Source: Callorhinchus milii
Taxonomy: Eukaryota
Assembly: GCF_018977255.1 (NCBI RefSeq)
Contig: NW_024704743.1
Span: 49,168,001-49,232,000 of the forward strand
DNA: 64,000 bases
Reading direction: 5' to 3'
A program made the translations under genes and the position numbers. Positions 13,401 through 28,400 of the stretch are shown here, in pieces; the stretch's first letter is position 1, and each line of letters begins with the position of its first letter. The notes beneath the pieces were generated by a model that saw only the letters and a list, made by a program, of their open reading frames with translations, had not been told where the DNA came from and did not search any database.

Positions 13401-16400
13401 TCAGAATAGAACACCTCCAAGTCTGGTTTGGGGTACTGCTGGAGTTTAATCAACTAAAATCACATAGCTTGCCATTGAAATCGCTCTCTGGCAAGCTTTC
13501 CCACTGCTTGAACATCTAGGACCATTGTACTCATTAGGGCTTTGGCTTAGAGAGTTAACAGGAGCTGAGTGGAAAGTCTGACCCTTCAAGTCTTCTGCTG
13601 AGCCAGGCTGGCCGGTATTTCATCAGAGTTGCCTTAGAGTACTACGGACCCGCCTGGCTCAAAAACTGGGCTACTGAAACTGCCACAGGGAGCGTACAGT
13701 TTTACACATAATATACATTAAAAGTGCCTTCAAGATGTTGATTAACAACCATTGACTTATTCTTTATTATTATGATTACTATATCTGCTGAAAACATTTA
13801 ATTCTTACTTACATTTTTGGGGTTTTAGGCTTCCAAAACCTCCTAATATCACAATGAAGTAAGTAAACCTGCTTTGCTCAACATTTCTCTGTTTCTATGT
13901 ATTCAATCATTGCATATAGCACATTGCTGGTAATTTTAAATCAAGCTACCCATTGCACTTCACTGCAAATAGCATGAAAATGCTAAAGATATGGATTTGC
14001 TTTGGAAGACATGATTTTTTGTTATCAGATTATGAATTCCTAAAAATATCAGAAGAAAAGAATAAAGCCACCAAAGTTTATCCCTTTGGTCCATTAAATT
14101 TCCTGTTATGGTACCTAGAATTATTTATTTTAATACATTTTACTGTATCTAATTATTTTGATACTTTTGGTGTTGGCATGTGTCTCTGCTCCTAGCCACC
14201 ATGCACTCATTTATTCTCTGGTATCTTGCCCAAGTTGACATTATTTATGTATGAGTGGAGGATGCTGTACAATGACCAGAAGAAACCATGGCTACCTTTG
14301 CTCTCCCTAACCTTGGTAATGCCAGGACCAATTTTGCCTCTCTGCTGAGACCATTGAACTCAGCACAGACCACGATTCAAACCAGCAACCCTTGCCCCCT
14401 CCTTCCCCTCTTGAAACCTATTTTATCAATCATGCTTTCAGTCACCTAACCCTCCCCCCGACCTCACCATCAGCACCATCTCCACCCCCTTAGCTCCCCA
14501 AGCTCAGGCTCATAGTTAGCTGTTGGTGAGATGTCCTCCCAAAAGGAAGAGCACTATATAAATGTGAATTGTTGTTGTAGATTATTTCAAATAATTACAA
14601 TTATTTAAATAAAGACATTTTTGCTAATAGCCATCCTAAATGTTACTTTTTCTTAATTAATCTCCTCTGGTCCTAATGATGTAATTTACTTAAAGTTGAT
14701 CTGCTCAATAACTTTCCTAATCTTGTTTGGATTTGTTAATGTTAAACTTCTTTACAGTATGTCTTCTAGTTCTGTATTCATTGCATTCTTAAAATCAAGT
14801 CACCTGCATCATCTATGCCTCTTATTGTTCCTTTGTTTTTAGCCAGAACCAGATACACTTGACATTTCCAGCCGAACATCCCTATACTTCCCACATAAAC
14901 AAATATGCAATGTTTCCTAAATTCACTTCACCAGATGATCCATACACTGGTGTGCGAGGTGGAAATCAACAGCCCATTACTCCGAATATGCCGGCAAGAC
15001 CTTACACTATGACTGTGAATAAAAAAATTAGAGGTAAATGTATGCATTCATGAAAGTAGTTTAAAGAAAATGTAATTACTGCTTTTCAACCTGCTTTTAT
15101 CTTTCTTTTTAACTCTCAGAAATTCTTCTTAGTAAATTACAGCTGTAATTTCTTCCCAAGGGTTTGAAACAGTCAACTCAAGCATGCGTCTAAAATTGTA
15201 CCACTGACTAACCAGTCATTCCCAATAACACATGTTAGGATTAACACTCAGTTCAAGGTACTATGCTGACAGTGTTCCAGCAAAATCAGGCAACCCCATT
15301 GACCCTTATAAAACAAGATTAAATCTCCTGCAAAGGAGATTCACAAGGATGATCCAGAACTGAGAGGTTAAACCTATCAGGGAAGGCTGAACATGCTTGG
15401 ACTCATCTCTTGAAAAGAGGAGGGTAAGAGGTGACTTGATAGAGGTTGTTAAAATGATGAAAGGTTTTGATAGGGTAGACATAGGGAAGATGTTTCAACT
15501 TTGGGAGAAACCAAAACCAGGGGCCATCAAAATAAAATTGTCACAAATAGATCAAATAGAGAAATTAGAAGAAATTTCTTCACACAAAGAGTAGTGGGAA
15601 TGTGGAACATGCTATCACAAGGAGTTGTTGAGGCAAATAGTATAGATGTATTTAAGGGAAAGCTAGATAGGGACATAAGTGAGAAAGAAATAGAAGGTTA
15701 TGCTTGAAGGCTTAGTTGAGGAAGAGCGGGAAGAGGTTCATGTGGAGCATAAACACTGGCATAGACCAGTTGGGCCGAATGGCCTGTTTCTGTGCTGTAT
15801 ATTCTAATGTATTCTAATGTAAGATCCACCCTGTTTTTGTAATGCTTAATCATTGGATAGTCTGTTGATTGGTACCAAATGACATGGTCCTTGGGGATTT
15901 GACATGAAAATCTATACAAATTGGCACAAGATGTGTATAAATACAATCATGTATCACTCTTTCTCTGACACTTGCCCTGGCCAAGGCTCTGTCCTAAGTA
16001 ATTGGTAACTTAACTACCCATTATATTTGGTCAATCTGACACATCTTTTACCTTGATTAAGAATTGCTGTTTCAACCACTGAAAAATCCAGAACCAAGTT
16101 TCCATTTGTCAGTCTACTCTCCCTTAGATACAAACTCTTCTTCCTTACTTGTGCTTGGAAGTATAGGCATAGGTTGGCAAAAACCAAGGCATTGGGGACT
16201 CACAGTGCACATTAATTATTATATTCAGTTGCTGAATAAAATATTCCCTCAAGACCTATTGGACTATTAAAGATTTTCTTTCAAGAGTGCTACTATGCCT
16301 TGTGCATTTCTATTCAAGATGCAGATTAATGTTAACAGTTCATCAGCTACCACATTAGAAATGAAAAGACCTTGCAGCTCGATCCGCAGTCATTGATTAG

Positions 16401-19400
16401 AATAAGTAGCCAAGGGTACAATTTTTACTTTTTAATTGTTGTATTTAAATTTTTAAACTAATTGTAGTCAGACAAGTAAACACTGGATAGAAAGTGATTG
16501 TGTGAAATGCAGTATGAATTTACATTATGCCAGATTGAAGGAAATGTACATATTAATAATAATAATATTCCTTGCATTTGGTATAGCACTTATCACATCT
16601 TCTAGGCGTCTCAAAGCACTTCATAGAATATACTGTAAAGTATGTTTTGTGGGCGAAACATGGCAGCCAATTACTCACAGTAGTGTCTCACAAACAGTTG
16701 TGGATTAAGTGACTATTATTATCCTTTTTTGGAATGGAAGTTACACTGAATTATAATCTGGTCCAAGAATGGAAATCTTTGAAATTCATCAGCACAAAAA
16801 TCTAGGTGACCTAAGAGAGCGCGGCATGAAATGAGTCTGGACAGATTCACTCGGGCTCCTCGTGAGTGAGCCACGCAGGACACAACTGGCAATGTGATTA
16901 AGATAAGCCAAGTGCCTTGCTGGTGTGGGAAATTCATACTAACGCGGTGTGTGTTTGTGTGCTGTGGGTCGTTTTGTTTTGAACTCAATGTAAATTGGAG
17001 TGAGTGAGATGGCAAAAGTACAAGTGCTATGTCTTTGAGTACTTGGTGGTAGATCCTCAAAAGAAGGGAGAATATTCTGTCCTACTCATGGAACTATTCA
17101 ACCAAAATTATGTAAAAAATAGTCATCAATAATTATATAAAACTAGTCATCAATAAGTAATCCTTGGAAGTAAAAATTTGTTTTTTTCTCCCAACTTGAG
17201 AAGAAAGAACTAAAAAGCTAAACAGCAGCAAATGACTATGCCAGATAATATGCTGGCAAACCTTCTACTCAAAATACACCGTTTTACTTTACCATATAAG
17301 ATACAACAGGAAGACAGTGCACATTCCATTCCATATGCACTGAAACTTCCACATGTAAGTGGCATACATATTTGCATACATGAGGGAGAAGGAGACAGAG
17401 GGATACAGATGAGAATAGGAGTGGGGTGTAACATGCAAATATAACACCCACACAGACTAGTTGGACCAAATGACTTATTTCCATTCCAACAAATTAAAAC
17501 TATGCAACCACCCAGTTGAAAGATTTCTGTAGCTGGTACAGAATAGGTTAGTCTATTTGTTAGAGAATGGCTTACAAACCTTTCGGGAGAAGAATCACCC
17601 TCCCTCCCCAAGCTGCTACCCCTCCCTCCATTGAGGCGTAATCTACATCGTGAAATATTGCAGAGCCATTAAAATCTGTGAATCCTCTTAGAATTGATCA
17701 ATGCTCCACTCCCTTCAGCAGGTGAGTTGCTTCAGAGATACCTTGATTCCAGAGAGCCTCTGATCATTCCTTCCCTCCCCACCCCCCATCACCCTGAGGA
17801 TATTCACAGATTGGTCAACAGACAAGTGATACTCAAGCTTGTTCACTGTAACCCCTGCCGAATGGTATGGAGTGCAAAACAACTCAAAATGTGAGAGTAT
17901 TGCACTGTCCTACAGAAGCAATACTATTTGTTGATTCTTTCAGGTGATTAGCAGACTGCTCTTTCACCTTTGGTATGAGCATCTTTCTGTCTGATTGCAA
18001 GTGCCCTAAGTAAAATGATTTTGCATAGACCTTTTACAGTTTCCACACAATTTAATACCTGGAATTTGTGTTTAATTGGAAATGTGACTACAATGGGTCC
18101 ATTGACTACAAAGATGATTGCTGTGAGAAATAGAAATATCACATTGGTGCAGAGGAGGAGTTTTCAACAGTGCAGAATTGAGTGTGCTTTGAGCTCTCTG
18201 TTCTGTACTTACTGAGTATGTTTAATAGTGACACAAGGGCCGGAAATTACAAAATAATCTACTTCCCATACTTGTATCCCTTGTTTTTTCGAACACAAAC
18301 ATTTAATAAAAGATTCCTCTCCCCCCACTACCTCCCCACGCACTTAAAATAGAATACTAATGGCATCCCCAGGGAACTGATAACATTGTACTAATAATCA
18401 GGACATCCAATAATTCTCGTAGTATAATACATGAAAGCTGAATACCATCATTAACATCGGGCGCTCCCACACTCTGTATATTAATTCTTTCATACAGCTG
18501 GGCTTAGTACAAATCATTCCTCCAATGATTCTATCAGCAGCAAACAAATGAAAACCCAAATGGAAAGAAATTAAAGAATGTCAAAGTAGATGTGGATCAT
18601 TGACTATTTCATTCTTTAAATGAAGGCCTGATGGTGGGAATGCCTTTTTGATTATAATGTTCAGTTGTATGGATGACACCAACATTGATTTCAAAATGCT
18701 TTCACTCCTAAACCTCACAGGATCTGCATACAGGCACGAAATCCAGGAAATCCCCTTTGCATCTCAACAGAAGGGTTTACACTGGCCCGGGGAATATGGA
18801 TTTTATCATGTAAGTGCTCGTACTGTAAGAATACAAAATGCGTTTGCTAGAGGAAAATAATCATAAACAACAGCTTTATAAATGATCTCTTCAAACTGTA
18901 TTGTTGATCTTTAATCCTTATAAAGGATCATTTTCTCAGGTTAACCATTAATATTAGTTAAAGGCATATTCCCCAGGCTTTGGTTAATAATGGATATCAG
19001 GTCAACTGTCATTTTTCAACCTCAAGTTTACTGATCCAACCCAACACCTCTTGCTGTCCCAAGGAAAGATCTTAAATGTCGTATTGCATTTCGTCCTCTT
19101 AGTTTTCACTGTTTGCAATGTGTATGGTGGCTCAATATAATGTTATTTTTTCTGGATATCCGAGAAAAACTCCTGCAGTGTAATAATTGCTTGTTCGCTC
19201 ATACAAAGAATTGAAGGTTACTAATCTTAGCAATTGCTTGAATAATCCAAACCAAAAAGGTAAGGGATGGATTAAACTTTTCTTTCTGATACGTTGATCT
19301 GATTAGCTTCCAAACTAAATGTTGTCAATCACACCTGAAGACTTTCCTCCCTCCCATTACAGCTTGGAGTTAAACCACACCGCTGTTAAGCTCTTTGAGA

Positions 19401-22400
19401 CTCACTCACTAAACTCACTCTTTGTTTTCTTATTGACATGAAATAATTACCCTCCAGTTACTGACTTGCCAACCAGTTGAAATAGTTTTGCTAAGGGAGA
19501 TGGTGGAAGCAGAAAGTCTTCATTCTTTCAAAAGAAAGTTAGATATTTCTTTTAGGAAATAATATCGTGAGGCATGACATGTCTATGCGACTGTCAGAAT
19601 GGCGGAAGGTGAACTGGATCAACCTTGGTCTTCTTTCGTCTAGCAAATTCTTATGTTCTTATGTGGTGTATTTATCTTCAGAAGATCAGGTAAGTATAGC
19701 GTGTACAATGACCAAAGATATGTATGACACATATGTATATTTTTTCCTAGATAATCAATGTTACAATATTTTGCACCTTACTGTTAGGATTTGTTTTTTG
19801 ATATTGGCTTTTGATATACAATACAACCCGACAGATAGTTTATTCTTTCATTGCAGTATCCAAAATCAGCTCCAGGATATTCCCAAATGTACTACCCCAC
19901 ACCACCAAAGGCTATAGCTCCGAACAATTTGTTGCGGCCAATGGAAGTTACCGTGACTGAGAGAACAGCTAATATACTGAAAAACATAGAAAAAGCACAA
20001 TGGCTATCCACATACATGCGGGATTATACAGGTAGGTTAACATCATTGACAGTTGCTGCCACATAAATCATTACTGTTCTTAAAAAAGGTCCTTACATTT
20101 TAATTACAAATAGCATAATGTTTTATATACTACAACAAGCGATATTCTTTAGATTTAAGCATGAACTGTTCCATCATCAAATCTTACATTTGTATCTTTA
20201 TAAATAGGCAATGGATCAATGAATCCTATTGAATTGGATGATTACCATGAAAAAGTAATTGCAGAATTGGCAGGAAGAAGCAACTATTTCGAATCAGAAC
20301 TAGTGAGTAAATTGTAAATTCAAGCATTTGTCATTCAAGTGGCACTGTAAACTTTTACACACTATTGTGTGTGCATAAACATAGATATACCTGATCTCTG
20401 TAAACAAATTGCTATGTCCACTGTCCAGGTGCCAGCATGCTAAGAACCAGCATGCATTTCTTGGACTTTAGTTAGTGAGAATATATTACATCAAAATCAA
20501 AAATCATCATTACTCACGGTCACGCTTGCTCCATTAGGAAATGACTAAATTGTATCATGTTGATCCTAAACAACAAATCTTTGATCTGGAATCCTCTCCC
20601 TTCAATGTAAACCCTCCCCAGACCCTTTTATCTATGCAAGTCCTTTTTCTAATTCCCATGTTTTTCGCTAATACNNNNNNNNNNNNNNNNNNNNNNNNNG
20701 TCAAGCCTAATACTGAATAATATATGATCTTTGATTCAGTCTAAATATTTCATTGGTGCATGGATTTTTGTACATCTAATGAGCTCATAAATGTTTGATC
20801 ATTGTTGCTTTGCGCAGTACTACCACTAGAGGGAAACTACATCGCAAGGCTATGGGACACCTATTAATATTCTGAAAGAGATACACGCACAAAACATCAT
20901 AGTCAGTACAATAAGGTATACAATTATATGTTCACTATTGTACCAGAGGCATTGAGCTTCTCACTAACATTCAGCAAAGTAAAATCCCAACACAAAGATT
21001 TCACATCGCACAATTGTATCACAAGCCCTTTCTCTGTTGTTATCTGCCACTGTACTTCTCCCAGGCAAAACCAAGTTGCTGCAAAAGAAAAAAACACACA
21101 CAGCCTAAACCTGTCAAGAAAATTTACAACACAAGCTGATATGAATTTCAAGGATGCATCATAATTTGGGTTCTGGACAACCTAACTGAAGAGTTCATAC
21201 TTTTCTCTCTGAGTTTATGATGGTACCAGAACAGTTTGATGTGTTGCTTCCTTGTAACAATCCTAGGTTATGTTTTAAGATCTATGTTATGTGGCATATG
21301 TAGAGTATGGTAAATGTATGTTAGTACTTTAATGGCAGGCAGATACTTTGGCTTCTGTGTCAATGTCATTCTTTTTATCCTTTCATTTATATTGTACCCT
21401 CTTAATGACATTTAACATGCTCGTCATTCGATAGTCTAAAAGAGCACACCTTTCTAAAACGTAAACTATGGATTATGAGATCTAAAAGGCAAATTTGGTG
21501 TGGGTTATCACAGCTTCCAGTGTGAAAATATCTCATTATGGGATTCATGTGAGATTCACCATTGTTGAATACAAGTGGGTAAAATATTACATTCCAACTT
21601 TAGTGGGCATGGTTCATTTTCATTATGGGGAGCCTAGACCCCAGCAGTCCAGCCAGATCCTGCCCTCACTTGCAATCTACCAATGCACTTTTCAGCAAGG
21701 AGCCACGAGGGAAGGAATCAGGTGTAAGAATCCTGATAGTTTTCTCCATTCTTGACATACTGCCACAGCAATAACAATAAGAACAACAACTTGCATTTAT
21801 ATAGCGTCCTTCATGCCAGATGGTGTCTCAGAGAACTTGGAACAGCAGAGTTCACCTAACTCACTGGTCACCAACCACTGAGCCTGGTACCATCCACTAC
21901 ACAAAGAGTCAAGATCGACTAATGACCCGCTGATTTTTAGGTGTGTATTATTGTTTGGGGAATCTTTGTCAATAGTTTTGTTGTCAAGTGCTGTATTCAA
22001 GTGAACTTTGAAAGATGTGTTTTTTTTCCACAAATAACCGTAAGAGAACTAGAGATTTCCCACAGGCTTGTTTCCCAAACCTCACAATATACTTCATTAA
22101 TTTTTAAACATTATTTTTTACAATATCATGTGGTTCCACCTGTAATAGCTGTATAGAAAGTGAGAGCCATTCAGCACATCATGTCTGCCCTGGCTCGTTG
22201 AAAGAGCAGTCTATTCAGTCTCATTTACCTGCATTTTTCCCCAAACCCCTGTAAATTATTCCTATTTAGATATCCATTGTGTTCCCTCTTGAAAACTGAT
22301 ATGGATTGTGCCTTGACCACCGGACCTGGCAGGGCATCTTCATCCTACAACTCTCTTTAAATAAAACCCTCCCAATCTCCTCCTTTGCTCGCTTGTTAAC

Positions 22401-25400
22401 CATCTTAAATTGATGTCCCAATATTAGGTACAATCCTTACCTCTACAATGTGAGAAAAATCAGCCACTGAAGGTAATTTATCCACTATAACCTGGCATCT
22501 AATTGTAGATCATCAAGTAAAGTACGTCGCTTGTTCTTTCAGATCCAATCTACCTTATCATTCACTCATCCCCTTCATCTGTGGCAGTCGCTTCATCCCC
22601 TGAAGAAAAATTCCATTTCCACCTTGAGCTACACTGAAAATGGTCAATTAGACTGCACCAAATCTAGAAGATGGGATAAAATGGGATTAGACAATTCCAA
22701 GCTTTTGTCGAGTACCTTGAGTTGTGAATCGCACTTGGGTGTCTACCACTGATCACGCAGGAGTGAAGGAAAGTTCTTTGTGTAGAAACACTTCCATTGC
22801 TATGATATATACAACCTCGTTTTATTGTGAACTCATTCAACATCTTTTCAATTCATTTTTAATATATGGTACATAGCAAAGATTATTATTTAGAGTCTGC
22901 AAGCAATTCATTCAACACCATACACTAAAAGTAGTTGACTGCAGTTGTCTTGAATCTCAAAAGACCATGAAACAATAACCCTCCAGTAATATCCGGAAAC
23001 AACTTTCCACAGATTCAAGCTGGAGGGAAGTGATCTCTGCTTATTCGTTTTACATATTAAAATATGGCAATACACAGAAGTGAAAATATTGCAAGGAATG
23101 TTGCAGTTCTCAGTCTGAATAGCAGCTGTTTTTGTTGGGCAAGATGCAAAGGAAGATATAGCTTTACAGTACTAATTATATTATTCACCCTCACTTATAT
23201 GAAAAACGCCCTATTTTGGTTTTTATTTGTATGGTGTTATAATGTAAAATTGGCCTATCTCAGAGCTGAGAGATGTGCTGGAATTGGTGGAACCTGACAA
23301 ATAGCAAGCTTGAATTATTTTCCTAGGCAGAACGTGCCCGGTTCTGTTTGGAATCTTTTTGTACTTCTTTCTGAACCACCTGTGCTGGTGGTCTGCTCCA
23401 CTCGTCCATCACATTATACCTTACACCCTGCTCATCTAATCCCAGACAATCTAGGCAAAGATTGACAACAGCCGAGGCTCAGGATCCCTGCGGTATTCAT
23501 TGGGGTACTGCTGGAGGTTCACTAGATACAATTACAAACATCGGCTGGCAAGCTTCCCTCTGCCTTCAGCTACTATAATAATAATAATAATAATCATCCT
23601 TGCATTTTATATAGCGTCTTATCACATCTTCTAGACTTCTCAAAGTGCTTCACAGAATATACTGTAAAGTGAATTGACTGTATATTGTGTGGGCGAAATG
23701 CGGCAGCCAATTGGGCACAGCAGTGTCCCACTAACAGTCGTAGATTGAGTGACCAAATTATTTTTGTTTATTTATTTATTGATTTACTACCACCTTACCC
23801 ATTAGGAGTTAAGCTTCTGGGTTAACAGGAGCTGAGTGGGAAGAATTCTGGTTCTCAATAACTGGTCTGCTCCTGTATCCTGTGCAAAAGCCAGAGAGAC
23901 CTATTTCTGCACTTGCAAACTGCCACTTGAGGCTTAGTGTTGAATGAATTTTGTACAGACTATAAATAATAACCTTTGCTATACACTATATATCAGAAAG
24001 AAATCCATTCAACGTTAGATTCTTTCAGGTGGCAATATGATGTAAAATGCTTGTTTGTGATAACTGTACTCAATGGGTAGTTTCCAAGGCTGTTATTTTC
24101 TGTTTTTCCACATGATGGCGCCAACAACCAACATGTGCATTCCTCATTTCATGAGATTTCAATTTAAATTTACATAACTGTGTTTCCCTACAAAACTAAA
24201 CAAAGTTTTCTCCCACAACATAAAAATGTAATGTTTAGTGGACTATGCGTAAAGTCATTTTTCAAAACTTTGTCTGAAACATGATAAACATTGATCATCA
24301 TATTGGTCCCACTTCGCCCCCTCACTCCCCGCTTTCAAGACACAATTTAAGATATATTTCATCGGCCAAACCTTCCTCGCACTCCCAGTCAGCTATGTGA
24401 AGTGTTTCGTGACATTCCAGCGCCTTGGGACGTCCTCCCAATGTGAAAGGTGCTATACAAATGCAATTTTTTTGTTGTTCTCCTGGTGTGAAAGGTGCAA
24501 TATAAATGTAAATTATTATTTAATGTTAAGACTATCTAATGAAACAGGATTGAATCACAACCAAGAATAGTACATTTTTTTTAAGCCAGGACTCAAATTT
24601 CTGACTTAAATCTAAGATTAAAATTGCCTGTGACATTGAGAGAAAGGAATGCTTTCACAACTTAATGTGCAGTTTTATCTGTTTTTCTTCTTCACTATAC
24701 TGGTAATGTTGTCTAGCCCCAAATCAGGTGCTTTTTTTCTGAAAATACATGCATTCAGCAAAACTGCCTTTTGTAGGCACAGGGCCAGTCATTCAGTTTC
24801 ATCCCTCTAACCTCAACCCAGCTTGTTACCAAATTTCAATGGAATTGTAATAAACTCTTTCAACACATTTTAAATGAACTCTTTTTGGTAAAGACGTTAA
24901 TTTATCCTGACTTTTTGATCTATAAGGCGTCTTATTAAATGCAAGTTTTACGAGGATAAAAATAATGCATTTGCTATAGTGCTTTATCATGTTGAAATAT
25001 TTCAAATCTCATCACAGAGATTCGAAATATTTTTCTGTTGAGAGTAGTGACTGTGTATTTGTAGTAGAATGCTGTAGTCAATTTGCACATAGTAATGTCC
25101 CAGAGATACCAAGAAAAACTCCTCTGAATAAGCAGACAAACTTTGTCATCTGATAATGCTGTGCTTCCCTGCGCCTAAGCTCAAGTCATCGATTGGGACT
25201 TAAACTTACAATCTTCTGATCCAGAGGTGCTAGCACTAACCACTGAGCCAAGCTGACATGTCATTTATTATCATTTATGTGACTTGCTGACCCCGCAAGT
25301 AAACTGCCTCTGCTCGACTGGCTCCGGTCTTCTGCTTGTCCCTCGTGCCCTCCGTTCCACCATTGATGACCGCGCTTTCAACTACTATGCCCGGAAACTC

Positions 25401-28400
25401 TGGAACAGTTTTCCTCTATTCCTCCTCCTTGCCCCTTCCTTCCCCATCTTCAGGCCGTGCCTGAAGACCTTCCCCTTCAACCGTGCCTACAGTCGCCTCT
25501 AACTATCCCCGGCTCGACGTCGTGCTCCGCCATTCTTGAGTGCTCGGGGTTGCTACTCTGCATAAGAGGAGCTATATAAATGCTTAAATTGTTGTTTGTT
25601 GCCCCTGTCCCAAATCAGCAGAGCAGTAAAATCTAGAGGACCATACCGTTTCCCCAGGGTTTCTTCTATTTCTTTGACCACACCTATAGTCATTACACTC
25701 TCCCCCTTCTTCCTTGTTCGAGGTCAAACCCTACCACTGTACAGAGCTTCAAGATGGTATACTATGTGAAAGGCACTCTATAAATGTAAATTATTTTGTT
25801 ATTGTCAGGAGGATCCAATGTCATTGGCACGTCCTGCGCATGGTACAGATACACAGCACAGAGGAAGGAACATTGGTGATAACCTCACAACCCAGAAGTC
25901 AACCAATATTTAGAAAGGGAAACTGTCAGTGCAATAAGCTATGTGTGCCTGTGTTTAAAATGGAGTTCCCTTATATACTCTAGGATTTATTGAAAAATTA
26001 CAGGTTGAATAACAAAAATAACTGCAGATTTATTTTTAGATATCTTAATTATAAAAGGCTAGAAACATCCTGAGTTTAAGTCAGAGAAAGAAAAATCTGT
26101 TGTTTTTATTAATTAAACATTATCAAGCCTGTTATCAAGTACAATTTCTTAAAATCCACATAATCATTTATTTTTACTCTTCCAGATTGACAAAAATAGG
26201 ACTTACCTACGGGAAATAAAAAGGGGAAATATTTACATCATTTCATTTCTCCAATATTTTCCTGTAATACAAGGTGCTAAAGCAATTGCTCTCAAGTTAC
26301 AAAAATAATTATTGCACCACTAAAATAACTGATGAGCAGAAGCCCAGTGTATTTTGCTGCAGTGTTTAATTGTTTTTATTACCTTATGTTTTCTTGCAGT
26401 GATATTATCATATATCAACCTTATGAACGCACCCAAATTAAGAAGAGTGATATCCGTTCTGAAGATCAATTGTAAGTTTTACGACTTCACATTGTGAAAT
26501 ACTTTTGAGAAACAAAATGTAAAATAGTTTTTCTAAGTTGGGTATTTTGTGTTTCAGACAAATAAAGCAACCTTCCATTTTAAGTCTGGTTCTTCCAGGC
26601 CACATATAGTATCATGTCAGCCTCTGAATCAAACTCTAAGGGTTCAAGCCCTATATCAGGTCTTCAAACTCACCATCTAGGCTGACACTTCAATGCAGTG
26701 CTGGGGGTGCTGCACTGTTGGAGGTTCTATGTTTTGGATAAGATGTTAAGCATCAGTGTCTGTTCAGGTGGACCTTAAAGATCCCATGGCACTATTCGGA
26801 ATAAAGAAGGGAGTTTCTCCTTTTGCCCCGGCCAACCATCCCCCAAATACAATTGGTCATTCACTTCTGGCTGTTGATGAGACATTGCTGTGCGCAAATT
26901 GGCTGCAATGTGTACAAATACACATTCACTTTATGATAAATCCTGTGCGGCTTTGAGATGTGTTAACAATGTGAATGAGGAGTTACATCAAATGCAGGGA
27001 TTAAAAGCAGGAATGTGATTCATGATAAAGCCACCTGGATTCCACTCCAACACTGTGTTTTAATCACCACCTCAGAATAGCACCACTTCCTGCGTCTCAT
27101 GACGTTTCCATTCCTCATACTAAATGAAATTTTAACTTATCCTGAATTGAACCAACCAAGTGTTGTAAAGATATTGAACACAACATTGTTGCTTCTTTTT
27201 AATTATTACGTGAATAGTGTTCAGTGTTTTTTTTTTGGTCAGCCAGGTGTCAGACGCACACGGAAACTCATCACCATGCTTAATATTATCCAAAACCAAA
27301 TTGAGTGGCATGGAAATTCCTGTGTATCAGAATAGAACACCTCCAAGTCTGGTTTGGGGTACTGCTGGAGTTTAATCAACTAAAATCACATAGCTTGCCA
27401 TTGAAATCGCTCTCTGGCAAGCTTTCCCACTGCTTGAACATCTAGGACCATTGTACTCATTAGGGCTTTGGCTTAGAGAGTTAACAGGAGCTGAGTGGAA
27501 AGTCTGACCCTTCAAGTCTTCTGCTGAGCCAGGCTGGCCGGTATTTCATCAGAGTTGCCTTAGAGTACTACGGACCCGCCTGGCTCAAAAACTGGGCTAC
27601 TGAAACTGCCACAGGGAGCGTACAGTTTTACACATAATATACATTAAAAGTGCCTTCAAGATGTTGATTAACAACCATTGACTTATTCTTTATTATTATG
27701 ATTACTATATCTGCTGAAAACATTTAATTCTTACTTACATTTTTGGGGTTTTAGGCTTCCAAAACCTCCTAATATCACAATGAAGTAAGTAAACCTGCTT
27801 TGCTCAACATTTCTCTGTTTCTATGTATTCAATCATTGCATATAGCACATTGCTGGTAATTTTAAATCAAGCTACCCATTGCACTTCACTGCAAATAGCA
27901 TGAAAATGCTAAAGATATGGATTTGCTTTGGAAGACATGATTTTTTGTTATCAGATTATGAATTCCTAAAAATATCAGAAGAAAAGAATAAAGCCACCAA
28001 AGTTTATCCCTTTGGTCCATTAAATTTCCTGTTATGGTACCTAGAATTATTTATTTTAATACATTTTACTGTATCTAATTATTTTGATACTTTTGGTGTT
28101 GGCATGTGTCTCTGCTCCTAGCCACCATGCACTCATTTATTCTCTGGTATCTTGCCCAAGTTGACATTATTTATGTATGAGTGGAGGATGCTGTACAATG
28201 ACCAGAAGAAACCATGGCTACCTTTGCTCTCCCTAACCTTGGTAATGCCAGGACCAATTTTGCCTCTCTGCTGAGACCATTGAACTCAGCACAGACCACG
28301 ATTCAAACCAGCAACCCTTGCCCCCTCCTTCCCCTCTTGAAACCTATTTTATCAATCATGCTTTCAGTCACCTAACCCTCCCCCCGACCTCACCATCAGC

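Larger units (their letters stand above)
11352..20674 (+). repeat. 9.3-kb near-identical duplication, copy 1 (ends at assembly gap)
   Basis: Matches 25278-34606 apart from a few substitutions and single-base indels; the duplicated ORF track confirms it. Confidence 0.97.

Noticed and set aside
16790..16990. CpG-containing non-repeat stretch in a SPMIP4 intron (possible conserved enhancer)
   Set aside because: Composition alone is not evidence; it needs cross-species alignment.
20827..25277. Inversion of 5502-11351, or hidden exons in the replacing segment
   Set aside because: The ends do not match the reverse complement of the replaced segment; its ORFs (e.g. 22531-22752) are short and unrecognisable.
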